Program-made: the position numbers and the translations under genes
In this document: piece by piece, positions 1 through 10,858 of the stretch
Position numbering within the stretch: position 1 is the stretch's first letter
How the letters are laid out: each line of letters opens with the position of its first letter
Notes under the pieces: model-generated
The model's input: the letters and a program-made list of their open reading frames with translations, nothing else
Told to the model about the DNA's origin: nothing
Database searches by the model: none
From: Pelagomonas calceolata
Lineage: Eukaryota
DNA length: 64,000 nt
Assembly (NCBI GenBank): GCA_918797485.1
Contig: CAKKNE010000002.1
Coordinates: 1,922,001 to 1,986,000, forward strand
Direction: 5' to 3'

Positions 1-2
1 CG

Positions 3-383
3 GCGGCCGTGGTCTGCTTCGACGGGACGGACCAACGGACGTTCCAGACGATGCGGACCTGGGTCGAGGAGCTGCGCGCGAACGTCGACGATAAGAAGCT
101 TGTCATTGCGATCGCGATCACGAAGAGTGATTTGGACGAGAATCGGGCCGAGACGCGACGAAAAGCCGAGGAGTTCGCTTCCAGCATAAACGACGCGTTG
201 GTGCTGGAGACGTCGGCGAAGAACGATGTTGGGGTCAGAGAGCTCTTCGCGACCGTCGCGGAGCGCGTGATCGAGTTGCGGGGCGAGGAGCTCCTCGCGG
301 CGTCCGACCGACAAAGGGGCCTGTCCCTGAAAACCGAGCGGGCGCCGGCGCGGGAGCCCGAGCCGTCCAATAGTTGCTGTTAA
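3..383 (+). CDS. Rab-family small GTPase, 3' part (5' end outside window)
   Basis: G4-like TKSDL, G5 ETSAK, WVEELR helix and C-terminal CC prenylation motif. Rab5/21/22-like, but the subfamily cannot be resolved. Confidence 0.85.
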   Translation, partial: AAVVCFDGTDQRTFQTMRTWVEELRANVDDKKLVIAIAITKSDLDENRAETRRKAEEFASSINDALVLETSAKNDVGVRELFATVAERVIELRGEELLAASDRQRGLSLKTERAPAREPEPSNSCC

Positions 384-426
384 AAATTATACACAAGTTA
401 GTATGACTACCAGTGGCTCCCATCGT

Positions 427-3040
427 TCACGTCCGCGCCGCCGTCGCGGGGTATGTTAAAGACTCGTCGGTCTCCGAGAAGTTGCGCCGCGCCCAGGGCG
501 CTTCCGAATTCTCGCGTTCGAAATCGCCAAGCTGGCTATCCAACACCTCCGAGAAGGAGCGGCTCGCCGCCGCGCTCGGCGGCTCACGCGGTAAAGGCCG
601 CGCCACAGCGATCGAACGCACGCGACCCACGGCAGGAGACGCCAGCGGCGACGCCGCCGCCGTCAGCTTCCGGATGTACCTCCTTTCATGCTCCAGCGTC
701 TCGAACCGATACGCCACCCGGATATCGGGCACGTTCGTCATGCGAATGTCGTTGCCGCCGGCCTCATCATAGCCCTCTCCCAGAAAATGGCGCTTGAACC
801 TATCTTCCACGCCACTTTGTAGTACGGAATTCCTAGCGATCTCGCAGATGTCCGTCGACGACAGCTTCCAGACCTGGGCCGCTACCGAGTATTCTTCTAC
901 CAGTGGGTCTTTGGTAAAATGTAACATGAGAGGATCATCGGTAGATAATGAGACATCTAAACCGCGCTTGAAGTACTTCGGGAAGGGGCTCTTCGAGAAG
1001 TCTAAGAATAACCTATTGTTGGATAACGGCGACATCGCGATGCCCATGCGCGCCAAGTAGTACAAGTACTGCAGCGGCGGACTCCTTCGCAGCTGGATGC
1101 CGTGGTTGATCTTCTTCGTGAGTAGAAAGGCCGCGGTTAGATGATCCACATCACCCGCTTCACCACCTGTGCGCAAACCAACCGATGAGTCGGGTGCACC
1201 CGAAAATTCTTCACGAAGTCCTTTCTCGGCGACAACGCGACCATGATGACTGAATCGAGTGGTGTAGGACCCACACCGCCGCGCCGTCGAGCTGGCGTCG
1301 CGTCGATGGCGTGGAGGCCATGATTGAGCCGTGGCGGAGACGCGCCGCGAGAATTTGATTTATGCACAGCTCACCGCAATGAGGTCGGAACTCGAACGTC
1401 GACAGGCCCCGCGACCGTCGTAACGCATTCAAACTTCGAATATTGGCATAGAGGTGGTACATCCAGTAGGCATAGCTCGGCTCGTCGGGCTGATTCCACT
1501 CTGACGGTGTAGCTATAGGGTACCTCGAATCAAGCTTGCGGTCGGGTTTACTCTCGTCATCGACACTATCAAAACCGACGAGAGCCTCCAAAAACGCGTG
1601 CAACTTCGGATGCGAGGCCGGGTCGAGCGAAGCCTCGAACAAGGGCCGGAAGACGTTATCCAAGACTTCCCCGAACGACTCCACCAGACCAGATTTGCGG
1701 TATATTGAATACAATCGGGGAATCTGTACGAGCCACCGGACGTTCGGCGACGACAATTCGTTGTCGACAATCCAAGCCGCTAATTTACTCCATTCATCCA
1801 ATTTCCGGCCATAGACACTGACCCGCCACTCCGCGATCTGGTACTTCGACTGCTCTAAATCGGCAATCACCTCTTTGGTGATTTCCGCGAGGTACCGGCC
1901 CTTCACGTGGTTATCGGTCTTCAGGAAGATTTCCCTCAGTCTCGATTGCCCAGCTGGATTGTACTTGAGGTTGAATCGGTCGAAGCGGTGGAACGTGTCG
2001 TGGGCGTGCATATCTAGCGTATCTATGGATAGGTCATATGCGGTTAGCTTTAACGAACGAAAGACGTCCGCTAATGTTAACAAAGTACCATCCCTCGATA
2101 GAACGATATCCCCGGGAGATTTCTTGAGTTTCGACTTGATGAACCTTAGTAGGTGTTTTTGGTTCATGCAGGCCGAGTGGTGGACATGAGTATCGACTTT
2201 TCGTACATTATAAAAGTCTCTATGTGGTACAGCTTTCTGCGCGGCCAATTCCCGCCAGCCGTTCAGCAACACGTGTAAATTGAATCGTTGTTCTAGCAAG
2301 GCCAAGCGTTTGAACGATAGCGATTTCACGGGCCCGCTCGTCGTGATGGTCCTCAGTTCTTCCAGTGCTGAAGCGAAGTCCTTCAGGGAAGGTATTTCGG
2401 TATCATCGACGACGAAGACGCCGTCCCGACAAGAGAGGCGTGCGAGGTCCATCTTCGCGTAATTACAAGCCTCGTGCGCCGCTTGGAGAGGCGTATACGT
2501 GAGGGGGTCCCTCCGTCTCAGTTTCGCGGTGGTCCGCGGCGTCGACGGTGCGGACCGCGACGGCGATTGGGGCGGCGTGCAGACTTCTGGAGTGTCGTCG
2601 ACCTGCCACTCGGCGTGCAGATCCAGAGCTCGTTGGAGTTTTGCGGCCCCCACGTGGACGTCGTCCGACTCTTCTCCTTCGTCGTCGAACTCGTCGATGT
2701 GGATGCGCTGGAAATGTCTAGCTTCCTTGGCTTCTAGATAAGTAGGGATCTCAGGAACATGGAACAATTCCTGCGTTTGTTCCTGCGTCGACTTGTGAGA
2801 ACGCGCCGGCGACGCGATTGGTGGTGGTGGCGGCGGCGGCGGTCCGTCGCTGTCGTCACTCTCAAAACCAGGGGGCCGCTCCTCTTCCACGCCATGGAGC
2901 GCGGCGCTCGTGGCCCTTATATGTTTGTGGACCTGCAGCATGACCTCCTCCTCGGCCGCTTCGCCGACCTCGGCAAGCGTTTCATCGTCGAAGTCGGCGG
3001 CGGCGTCGCCGGCGGCTAATGACAGGTTGATGGAGGACAT
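427..3040 (-). CDS. AMPD: AMP deaminase (2 exons: 3040-1378, 1166-427; about 800 aa)
   Basis: [47 protein letters not shown] restored across the intron, and LSTDDPL. The spliced length of 2403 nt is a multiple of 3. The ATG at 3040 is inferred. Confidence 0.95.
1167..1377 (-). mobile_element. Introner-type intron in AMPD (TIR + 8-bp TSD, probable GC-AG)
   Basis: TIRs CTGTGCATAAATCAA (1369-1355) and CTGTGCGCAAACCAA (1167-1181) match 12/15. TSD GCGGTGAG (1377-1370) vs GTGGTGAA (1166-1159). Internal core at 1296-1314. Confidence 0.85.
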
Positions 3041-3240
3041 GGTGAGCTGTGCGCTGACGGAGAGGCTTGAAAGAAGCAGTGCAGATCGGGATGCTCTCCG
3101 GACAGCTTGGGGGCGCCCGGGGACGCGCAAAAATCGGGTGGACTGGTGAGGAACGAGCGATGGAGCAAATATATATGTATACGCCCGCAGTGCACAGCCC
3201 TGCTACGTAAAATGCGCCCGATGCCCAAAATCTGATGTAC

Positions 3241-3262
3241 CTAGTGCCTTACACGACGCTAG
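3241..3262. promoter_or_regulatory. CTAG bipartite intergenic element (CTAGTG-N10-CGCTAG)
   Basis: Exact motif in the divergent promoter between AMPD and the VHL-domain gene. Function inferred from recurrence. Confidence 0.55.
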
Positions 3263-3387
3263 CACCAACTTTTGGTCAAGCGCTTAAGAGCCCTTTGGGC
3301 CACTAGACACACTCAGTGGTTTCAATTCCGACGAGTTCTGAGCTCTTACATCCTTGTAGGCAACTGACAGAACCACAGCACGACAGG

Positions 3388-4656
3388 ATGATTCTAGGCC
3401 TGACCAGGTTGCTCGACGCCCTGCTAGGCAGCAGAGCAGAGGAGCTTGCCCTCATGGAAGCGCATGGAGTCGCCACCCCTCAGCCGTTCTCGCGCGCCGA
3501 CCCGCCCTTCGACGTGATCCTCGACGAAATGGCTGGGTACCTCGGCGTCGCGACTGCGGCGGCCGGACGGATGACCTGCCGCGCCTGGTGCACGGCTCTC
3601 GGCCGCACACAGACTATGGCACAGCTCGTGCAGCGCGAGGCGACGGCGTGCGGGCGCGCGCCACCGCTCGGGTTTGCGGAGTCGCTCGCGCGCAACGACG
3701 GCGCGCACCACGCGTGGCGCCTCGCGCGGGCCGCGCTGCGCCGGCGCAAGCTGGTCGTCGGCGAGCGCTGGGCCCCCCAAGCCGTGCGTTCGATGCGGGC
3801 CGTTCGTGACCTCGTCGCGGGAAATTTTACGAACCGCGAGCGGTGGGCGGGCACGCAGTTTCTCCTTCTTAACGAGAGTGACGTGCCACTCTACGTTCAC
3901 TGGATTAACTTTGACGGTGAAATCGAGGTCCGCCCGGGCGATCGAGTTGAGCCGCGCCCGGCACCGTTCACGCGAGGTGGTTACTTGCTCGGAGCCGCCT
4001 ACAGCGTACCCGCGGGCGTCTTCTATCACACCTCTATCGTTTCTCATGCGTTTGCGATATGTCTGGAGGCCGGCGGCCCTCCCATAGCCTGTTACCAACA
4101 GCGCCGGTCCTATCTGCCGTTTAGCTTTGGCCGAACGTGGATCATCTCTCACGTCCACGGCGTCGCCGTGAGACGCGGCGCGGATGGGCAGCTCGAGGTC
4201 CACGAACTGGCCTGCGTGGACCGGAAGCTCCTCCGGTCAGCGCCCGCGGACGCGCAGACGCGGGTGTCCTTCGACCACATCTACGTCGCGCCGACGGCGG
4301 AACCGATGCGCCGGATCCGCGTGGAGCCGCTGCACGTGCGCGTTCCGCCGCGGGACGCGGACGATTTCGCCTGGTCGACGGAAATCGAGACCGACCTGAC
4401 TCCCTGTGCGCTGGCCGACTTGGTCGCCGGCATCATACTTCCGACGGACCGGCGCGAATGGCTGGCGCAGAGCCAAAATCCGTGGGAGGCCTTCCAGGAT
4501 TTGCGGCCCACGCAACACGGGTGTCCGATTTCGTATTCTTATGCTGACGCTGGCCTCATTGGACAGATGCTCTGGGAGATGATCTGGCGACACTATGACG
4601 CCGGGAACTCGCCGCCGCGGCCTGCCGGTCCCCGCTACGCGTTCGAAGCGCAGTAG
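3388..4656 (+). CDS. Protein with VHL beta-domain-like region and possible F-box-like N-terminal helix
   Basis: FLLLNESDVPLYVHWINFDGE...HTSIVSHAF resembles the pVHL beta domain. DVILDEMAGYL...TCRAW is F-box-like. Start uncertain. Confidence 0.55.
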   Translation: MILGLTRLLDALLGSRAEELALMEAHGVATPQPFSRADPPFDVILDEMAGYLGVATAAAGRMTCRAWCTALGRTQTMAQLVQREATACGRAPPLGFAESLARNDGAHHAWRLARAALRRRKLVVGERWAPQAVRSMRAVRDLVAGNFTNRERWAGTQFLLLNESDVPLYVHWINFDGEIEVRPGDRVEPRPAPFTRGGYLLGAAYSVPAGVFYHTSIVSHAFAICLEAGGPPIACYQQRRSYLPFSFGRTWIISHVHGVAVRRGADGQLEVHELACVDRKLLRSAPADAQTRVSFDHIYVAPTAEPMRRIRVEPLHVRVPPRDADDFAWSTEIETDLTPCALADLVAGIILPTDRREWLAQSQNPWEAFQDLRPTQHGCPISYSYADAGLIGQMLWEMIWRHYDAGNSPPRPAGPRYAFEAQ

Positions 4657-4970
4657 TGGTGTTGTTGAGTAAGTAGCCCTGTACTAAACTCTTTGGCTCG
4701 GGGCCGGACACCCGCGCGGGCCAGGCTCGCGCGCGCACCGGCGGGCCCAGCGCTCGCCAGCCCAACGACTCTTCCTCCAACCCGAGATGTGCGTCCGCGG
4801 ATCGGACGGCTCGCCGAGCCGACGTGCGGGGCCAGACGAAGACGGTAGCCGGAGCGCGGCCAACAGGCAGCGTATCCCGCCGCCGCATCGCTGCCCCAGG
4901 ACCGTGCGAGGACAGCACGGCCATCGACCAGTCGTCAGCACGCCAGCCAGCGCTTCGCTACGGCGACACG

Positions 4971-6743
4971 ATGGCCGCCATCACCACCCAGGAGGAGCTG
5001 GCCCGGGACGCCACGGGCGCCGGCGCGCGCATGACCAAGGCGATCCTCAAGCAGTGCGCCGTCGACAACGAGGGGTACGAGAGTCCCGAGTTGAACGACA
5101 ATTTGTATTTACATTTTAAGGGCTTCCGTAAAATCGAGAATTTGGAGGAGTACACGGAGCTCAAAGGTTTGTGGTTGGAGGCGAACGGTCTTAGGTGTAT
5201 AGAGAACATCAATCATTTGTCCAAATTGAGATGCATCTTCCTGTCGCGGAATTTGATCGAAACGATCCCATCGACGGCGTTCCAGGGCGTTTCTAGTTTG
5301 GTTATGTTGGACTTGTCTGAGAACCGGCTGACCAAGCTCGAGCATTTAGCTGATAATTGCCCTAATTTAGAAACGTTGAACGTGAACAAGAACGCCCTGC
5401 CTGATGCGGCATCGATAGCCGAACTCGCACTACTTCCCAATCTGAAGAACCTGCAAATAGAACGCAACGAGCTCAAGGGCGAGGACATCATCCAAGCGTT
5501 GGCCGCCCCCCCGCAGCTCTGCGGCATCAACGCGGCGGGCAACCCGTGCGTGCGCGAGATCCCGCAGTGGCGCAAGAAGTGTCTGTGCGTGATGCCTCTC
5601 TTGGCTTACTTGGACCGACCGGTGTTCGAGAACGAGCGCGAGGCTGCGTTGGCCTGGCAAGAAGGCGGCCACGAGGCGGAGCTCAAGTGCAAGCAGGACT
5701 ACGCCCAGCGCAAAAAAGACAAAGATAAACAATCGATGGCGCGCTACCGCCAGTGGCAGAAGGAAGTCCGAGCTCAGCACTTAGAAAGGAAGGCTATGAG
5801 TGTTGATGATAGTGTTGGTGCGAGGTTAGATCGGGAAGCGAGGGAACAACGAAGAGATACGGAGGAGTCGCTCAGGATCGAAGCGCGCGCCCAGGCGGAG
5901 GCGGACGCGGCCCAGATACAATCGGGCAAGATCTTGAGTGCGGACAAGCCGGCGGACCACCGGCCGTTCCTCCCGAAGAACCACCCCGAATATATTGAAG
6001 AGTCGTCTGACGACGAGGACGCGTACTTGAAACAGGCTTATGGTATTACCGACGACCTGCCGCCGCCTCCCGTCAAGCCGAAGGCGTCGAAATTCACGCC
6101 GAAGCCGCCACCCCCACCGGAAGACGTCGTGGAAGTCGTCGAGGAGGATCCCGTCCAGGAAGCGCTGAAGGCAGTGAAAGAAGTGGTCAATGAGGCCGCG
6201 GCGGAGGCCAAGGAGAACAATTTGCCAAACGAACAAGTCGATCGGGTCCAGGAGTCCTTGTATTTGTACAAGAAACAGAAGGAAGCGAAGAAGGCCGGGA
6301 GGTTGGCTCGAGAGCGGGCGAAAGTTACGAAGCCGGCGCCTCAGCAAAAGGTGTGGACCGAGGCCATGGACACGCAACTCTCGGCTCTCGTACGGGAGAC
6401 GTGTTTTGATTTTGAGGAGGTCGCCAAGGGTCTCGGCGAGACGGCGGAGGCGTGTAGAGAAAGATGGAGCTCATTGGATGGCGTCGTCAACGAGGGACCG
6501 CAGGACTTTGGCGGCTTGCGGGGCCCCGTCGCGGGCGTCGCCGTGAGACGGGGCGACGCGCCGGGCGAAGTCTACAAAGGAGATCGGATCCCGACCTTTG
6601 ATGAATTGAAGCGGCGCGCGGCGGCGCTGCCGCCGCGCTTCACGGTGGACCCGGCATCGCTCCCGTCCGTCGGCGACGTGTCCGACGACGACGGCGACGA
6701 GGTGGCGGTGTTTTCGAAGACGGACTTCGACACGCTCGAGTAA
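4971..6743 (+). CDS. DNAAF1: Dynein axonemal assembly factor 1 (LRRC50/ODA7-like LRR protein)
   Basis: N-terminal YESPELNDNLYLHFKGFRKIENLEEYTELKGLWLEANGL signature, SDS22-type LRRs, LAYLDRPVF cap, and a C-terminal Myb/SANT-like segment (VWTEAMD...CRERW). Confidence 0.85.
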   Translation: MAAITTQEELARDATGAGARMTKAILKQCAVDNEGYESPELNDNLYLHFKGFRKIENLEEYTELKGLWLEANGLRCIENINHLSKLRCIFLSRNLIETIPSTAFQGVSSLVMLDLSENRLTKLEHLADNCPNLETLNVNKNALPDAASIAELALLPNLKNLQIERNELKGEDIIQALAAPPQLCGINAAGNPCVREIPQWRKKCLCVMPLLAYLDRPVFENEREAALAWQEGGHEAELKCKQDYAQRKKDKDKQSMARYRQWQKEVRAQHLERKAMSVDDSVGARLDREAREQRRDTEESLRIEARAQAEADAAQIQSGKILSADKPADHRPFLPKNHPEYIEESSDDEDAYLKQAYGITDDLPPPPVKPKASKFTPKPPPPPEDVVEVVEEDPVQEALKAVKEVVNEAAAEAKENNLPNEQVDRVQESLYLYKKQKEAKKAGRLARERAKVTKPAPQQKVWTEAMDTQLSALVRETCFDFEEVAKGLGETAEACRERWSSLDGVVNEGPQDFGGLRGPVAGVAVRRGDAPGEVYKGDRIPTFDELKRRAAALPPRFTVDPASLPSVGDVSDDDGDEVAVFSKTDFDTLE

Positions 6744-7086
6744 GCTAGATATATGAACTTGTTTGCGCCCATGGCCCGCTACCCGTCCGGAAAGCTGGTT
6801 TTTTACCCCGAAGAGCTACGACCGCCGCGGCGAGCCGTCCGGAGGCCTCGCCGGGACGGCTCTCAGGGTGGCTGGGCTCAGGAAATTGCCTGGTCTCCCA
6901 AGATTGCTCCTGAAGGCTGAACTGCAGAGTTGCACGTCGTGCAGAGCATGCCCCTGAGAGGCAGCTGCATAACTGAGCCATTGCCTTCGAGCTGAGCGCC
7001 GTGGCTGCCCCTGACCTCTGCCTTGCTTGCTACACTGCGTGCGGCTGTCATCGCTTCTGCCGTGCTAAACTACTCTACCCGGCAAT

Positions 7087-7728
7087 ATGGGCGCGCCGCG
7101 CCTCGTGTTGGTAGCCGCGGGCTCGGCCGACGCACTGCACTTCGACAACGCGGCGACGCTGCGTTCGGGAGGCACCGCACCACTGACGGCGAACGGCAAG
7201 AACGTCAGTCCCTTCTGGTCGCAGCCGCGGAATGCCTGGGGCCACTGGGATTACATTGACCTCGGCGTGACCGACCGCGCGCAGCCGCTCCACGTCAATC
7301 TCGAAGGGCCTTACGTCGTTTGGTACGGGCCGCACGGCGAAATGGTCTTCGATGTTGCGATGTGGAAGCTCCACGAAGGCACGCACCTCGTCGCCGTCAA
7401 GGCGTGCGCCGGCAATCCGGGAGGACCGACGCGCATGTCCAAGGACGCGTGCGGACGAGATTTTGTCCTACACGCAGACGGCACGATCGGACCGCGCACC
7501 GCTCAGCATTTGCGGCTCGGTGCGGCTGGTGGTGCAGGCGGGGGTGCGGGCCTGAGGACCGTGGCGGGTGTCGCTTACAGTCTTTCTGGTCTCGCTACCG
7601 GTGCGCCCACCGCAGCCCATCTTGCGTACCATGCGGCCCCTGTTGTGGCAGCGGAAGTTGCGACCGCCGCCGCGGGAGGGAACGCTGCGGCCGTCGCCGC
7701 GGTCTCGGCCGGCTGCAGCATTCAGTGA
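7087..7728 (+). CDS. Hypothetical protein ending in a CaaX box (CSIQ)
   Basis: 213-aa ATG ORF with globular composition and terminal CSIQ. Confidence 0.55.
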   Translation: MGAPRLVLVAAGSADALHFDNAATLRSGGTAPLTANGKNVSPFWSQPRNAWGHWDYIDLGVTDRAQPLHVNLEGPYVVWYGPHGEMVFDVAMWKLHEGTHLVAVKACAGNPGGPTRMSKDACGRDFVLHADGTIGPRTAQHLRLGAAGGAGGGAGLRTVAGVAYSLSGLATGAPTAAHLAYHAAPVVAAEVATAAAGGNAAAVAAVSAGCSIQ

Positions 7729-7835
7729 TATATTGCGCAATCGAATCGCGCTCCGAGCCGGGACGTTCGGCCTTTCCTTCCCTAACTATTCCATGATCAT
7801 TCAGTAAATACACTAGGCCTTAGGATCATCACGAT

Positions 7836-8507
7836 CTAGAAGAACACCTTCTTCTCCCCCACGCCCGCCTTGGGCATGGCCTTGGACGAGTCCTCGTCCG
7901 AGAAGCCGAGGTTGATCGTGCCCTTCTTCGCCAGACCTAAGGCCTCTTGGCGCAGCACGGCCATCTCGACGGCCGTCTTGCCCCACGACTCGCCGTGGTT
8001 CTCGCCCGCGTAACTTCTCTTGGCCGCCTGATCCTCGTCGAGGACGGTCAGCACGCCGAAGGCGCAGGGCACGCTCGTCTGGAGCTGGACGGACATGAGG
8101 CCCGACGCGACGGCCTCGGCGATGTGCTCGAAGTGGAGCGTGTCGCCCTTGATGAGGCAGCCCACACACACAATCGCGTCGACGCGGCCCGATAAAGCCA
8201 AAAAGCGCGCCGCGCTCGGTAATTCCCAGGCGCCCGGCACCTGCGTCTCGAAGATGTTCTCCTTGCTCACCTTGGCGTCGAGGCAGGCCTGCTTCGCGCC
8301 GTCCGCCAGCGCGTTGACGATCTTCGGGTTCCACTTCGTCTTGATGATGCCGATGCGCGCGCTCGTGCCGTCCAGGTCCTTGAAGGACACCTCGGTGACG
8401 GCGTTGGCGTCGTGCACGCGCGTGAGCGCCCGTCGCTGGGGCATGGCTTTGAGGAGGCCGTCGGCCGCGGCGAAGAGCAGGGCCAGCGAGGAGAGCAACC
8501 TAGCCAT
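7836..8507 (-). CDS. ribH: 6,7-dimethyl-8-ribityllumazine synthase, probably plastid-targeted
   Basis: IGIIKTKWN, VPGAWELP, GCLIKGDTLHFEHIAEAV, FGVLT, N-H-G-x-x-W-G-x-x-A-V-E-M. N-terminal signal peptide MARLLSSLALLFAAADG. Confidence 0.93.
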   Translation of the reverse strand: MARLLSSLALLFAAADGLLKAMPQRRALTRVHDANAVTEVSFKDLDGTSARIGIIKTKWNPKIVNALADGAKQACLDAKVSKENIFETQVPGAWELPSAARFLALSGRVDAIVCVGCLIKGDTLHFEHIAEAVASGLMSVQLQTSVPCAFGVLTVLDEDQAAKRSYAGENHGESWGKTAVEMAVLRQEALGLAKKGTINLGFSDEDSSKAMPKAGVGEKKVFF

Positions 8508-8652
8508 GTTTAAAAGCGGGCGGCTGGTGGCGTGAAACGCGTACGGCTTTGCGCGGGGCTGGCGGCGTCGAACGCGTCGCGTACGGCTGCAATGCACCGA
8601 AGGTCGTTGCGCGTGCTGCAGACGGCCAGCTGGTTTGGAGCGGGTGTTGGCG

Positions 8653-8673
8653 CTAGTGCCTTACGACCGCTAG
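8653..8673. promoter_or_regulatory. CTAG bipartite intergenic element (CTAGTG-N9-CGCTAG)
   Basis: Exact motif in the divergent promoter between ribH and the 8817 gene. Confidence 0.55.
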
Positions 8674-8816
8674 CTACGATTAATTTTGCTCGGACCGCGC
8701 TATTTTGATCGCAGCGGGACATCCTGGGCTCGTCAGAGATCTAGAATTGCACATCAGCAACCGCTGCCCAAGCCTCAGCTCCCAAAACTGCCGTAAAAGT
8801 ACTCTGCCAAAAAAAG

Positions 8817-10517
8817 ATGGCAGACCCGGCACCCGCTGCGGCCGACGCGGACCCCTTCGGGGAGGACCTGGGCTTCACGGCCGGCGACGCGCCCTTCGCG
8901 AAGCTGGCCTCCTTCACGGCCGACGACGACGAGGACGAGGAGCCGGCCGCCGAGGCGCCGCCGGCGCCGGCGCCGGCCAAGGCACCGGAAGAGCCGCCCA
9001 AAGAACCGGAACAACTCCTCGCCTCCGTCGCGCTCGAGCCCCCAACACCGCCGGCGCCCGTCGTCGTCTCGACCGAAGACCTCGCGGCCATGGCACCACA
9101 GCCAGTGCCTTCACCCGAGCCGGTCGCGAAGCCGCCGCAGCCGGACCCGGCGCGGACCGAGGCGTTGCAGGCCGCGCGCCAGGCCGAGATTCGGAGGAGA
9201 CGGCTCTTCGGCGCCGAGTTGGTGGGAGAACATTCTAGGTATGCGGCGCTCGACCGACTGCTGGGCCGCGGCGTCGTCGAGTGCGGCTCACTAAGGCTAT
9301 TAGTCGCCAGAACCGTGGAGAGCGAAGCAAGGAGCGCGGCGGGCTGCGTGGCCTTCGCGCGGTTCCCCGCGGACGCGCGCCAGGAGTTGGGGGCCGAGCC
9401 CGCGGCCTCGGTGAGCGCGCAGAATGAGACGACGACGTACGGCGTGGCGCGTTTACTCGCGGCGCGCGTCGCGAGCGAGGCCGACGCGCACGAGCAACAC
9501 GCATTGAAACTGCGGAGCGAGTGCCTCGGGCCCCTCGTCGAGCTTGAGAGGAGGTTGCGGGCGACGCATCGCGACCTGAGGATGAGGGGCGGCACGGCCC
9601 TGTCTAGGGCTCGGGAAGCAGCTAGAGGCGTCGAGCGGTTGTACGACCAGGTTGTAAATGCAGGGTCGAAGGGGGACGTCTGGCTCGCCACGGTGCAGTA
9701 CACGGCCGGTTCGGCAATACTAGCGCGGACGTGGGCCGATGCGAAAGCCTCCTTAGATTCATTATTTGCGACGGCCGCGGCGACCGAGACGGAGCGCCGG
9801 TCTTTGGAGAGAAGGTGCCTCAAGGCCTTCCTGGCCGCGCGGCGCGAGTGCCTCGCTACCATTGACAAACTCGCGGCGCCGGATTTAGCCGCGGCAGAAA
9901 ATGCCCAGGACTCGCGGGACGTCGCGGCCGAGGTCGAAGTGTCCATCAAGGCCGAAGTGAAACGCGTCGCCGAGCGCAACCAGCGGAGAAGACCCGCGCC
10001 GCAGACGCCGTTGCCAGAACCCGCTGAACCACTGGAACCTCTGGCGTCTCCATTGGTGAAATGTTCATTACTAGGAGAACGCAAAACCAAATTGACGCGG
10101 TGGCGGCCGGCCTTGGTGGTTGCGACGGCCGATCGACGCGTCCACGTCTACGAGGGCTTCTCCTCAAGTCCGGATTTGACCGCGGCGGCGGCGCTGAGTG
10201 GACTAGTGCCGTCTTCCGACGAGTGCCTGCGCGGGGCAGCCCCGCCTTCCAAAATGCCTTCTTCGGTCTCTGAGGCCCAAACCTCGGTCCAGAACTTCTT
10301 CGCCGGGGCGCCGGCGCCGCTCGCGCCCTCCACCACACTGGATGTGCGGGCGACGCGCGCCGTCGCCGTCGACGCCAACACCTTAGAGTTACTGGAGGCG
10401 GCGCCGGCGACGGGCGCCGCGGCGATCTTCTCGAAGACAGTTGAAAGGAAGGTGCAGCTGCGCTTCGCTACTTCTGACGCGGCGCAGGAGCTGCTCGCGT
10501 GCCTGCGGGCGCGGTGA
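8817..10517 (+). CDS. Hypothetical protein: Pro-rich N-terminus, BAR-like helical region, PH-like C-terminus
   Basis: 566-aa ORF. KCSLLGERKTKLTRWRPALVVATADRRVHVYE and VQLRFATSDAAQELL resemble PH-domain strands and helix. Confidence 0.55.
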   Translation: MADPAPAAADADPFGEDLGFTAGDAPFAKLASFTADDDEDEEPAAEAPPAPAPAKAPEEPPKEPEQLLASVALEPPTPPAPVVVSTEDLAAMAPQPVPSPEPVAKPPQPDPARTEALQAARQAEIRRRRLFGAELVGEHSRYAALDRLLGRGVVECGSLRLLVARTVESEARSAAGCVAFARFPADARQELGAEPAASVSAQNETTTYGVARLLAARVASEADAHEQHALKLRSECLGPLVELERRLRATHRDLRMRGGTALSRAREAARGVERLYDQVVNAGSKGDVWLATVQYTAGSAILARTWADAKASLDSLFATAAATETERRSLERRCLKAFLAARRECLATIDKLAAPDLAAAENAQDSRDVAAEVEVSIKAEVKRVAERNQRRRPAPQTPLPEPAEPLEPLASPLVKCSLLGERKTKLTRWRPALVVATADRRVHVYEGFSSSPDLTAAAALSGLVPSSDECLRGAAPPSKMPSSVSEAQTSVQNFFAGAPAPLAPSTTLDVRATRAVAVDANTLELLEAAPATGAAAIFSKTVERKVQLRFATSDAAQELLACLRAR

Positions 10518-10635
10518 TTTGGCCTAAGTTGGATATTATGTGCTTTTGCTTTTCTTTTTTCGGTACTGGAGGACTCGTGGGCGGCGCCCCTGGGCGACGA
10601 AAGTCGCCGAGTCATCCGAGGGGTAAGCGCATTTC

Positions 10636-10656
10636 CTAGTGTCTTACGGTCGCTAG
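10636..10656. promoter_or_regulatory. CTAG bipartite intergenic element (CTAGTG-N9-CGCTAG)
   Basis: Exact motif about 200 bp upstream of the CDF transporter ATG. Confidence 0.55.
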
Positions 10657-10858
10657 CTGCAGTTGTAATCGCGCGAAAAAGCGCTTTGGTGTCACAGCGA
10701 TTGCACCCTGCTCGGATTACTTGCAAATTTCTTTTTGCTTGCTGCGCTGCCGCTGTGGAACGGTTGTGGCATCGCTGCGCCGCTTAGTGGAGCCGCACTG
10801 CAAAGCGTCTCAAAACCACTGCATTCTAAGTTGGCGCACGACCGAGCAGCAAGCGACG

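Noticed and set aside
3241..3262. CTAG elements as Helitron 3' ends
   Set aside because: No shared upstream element body or separate GC-rich hairpin was seen, and one copy per promoter region fits a regulatory site better. Not fully excluded.
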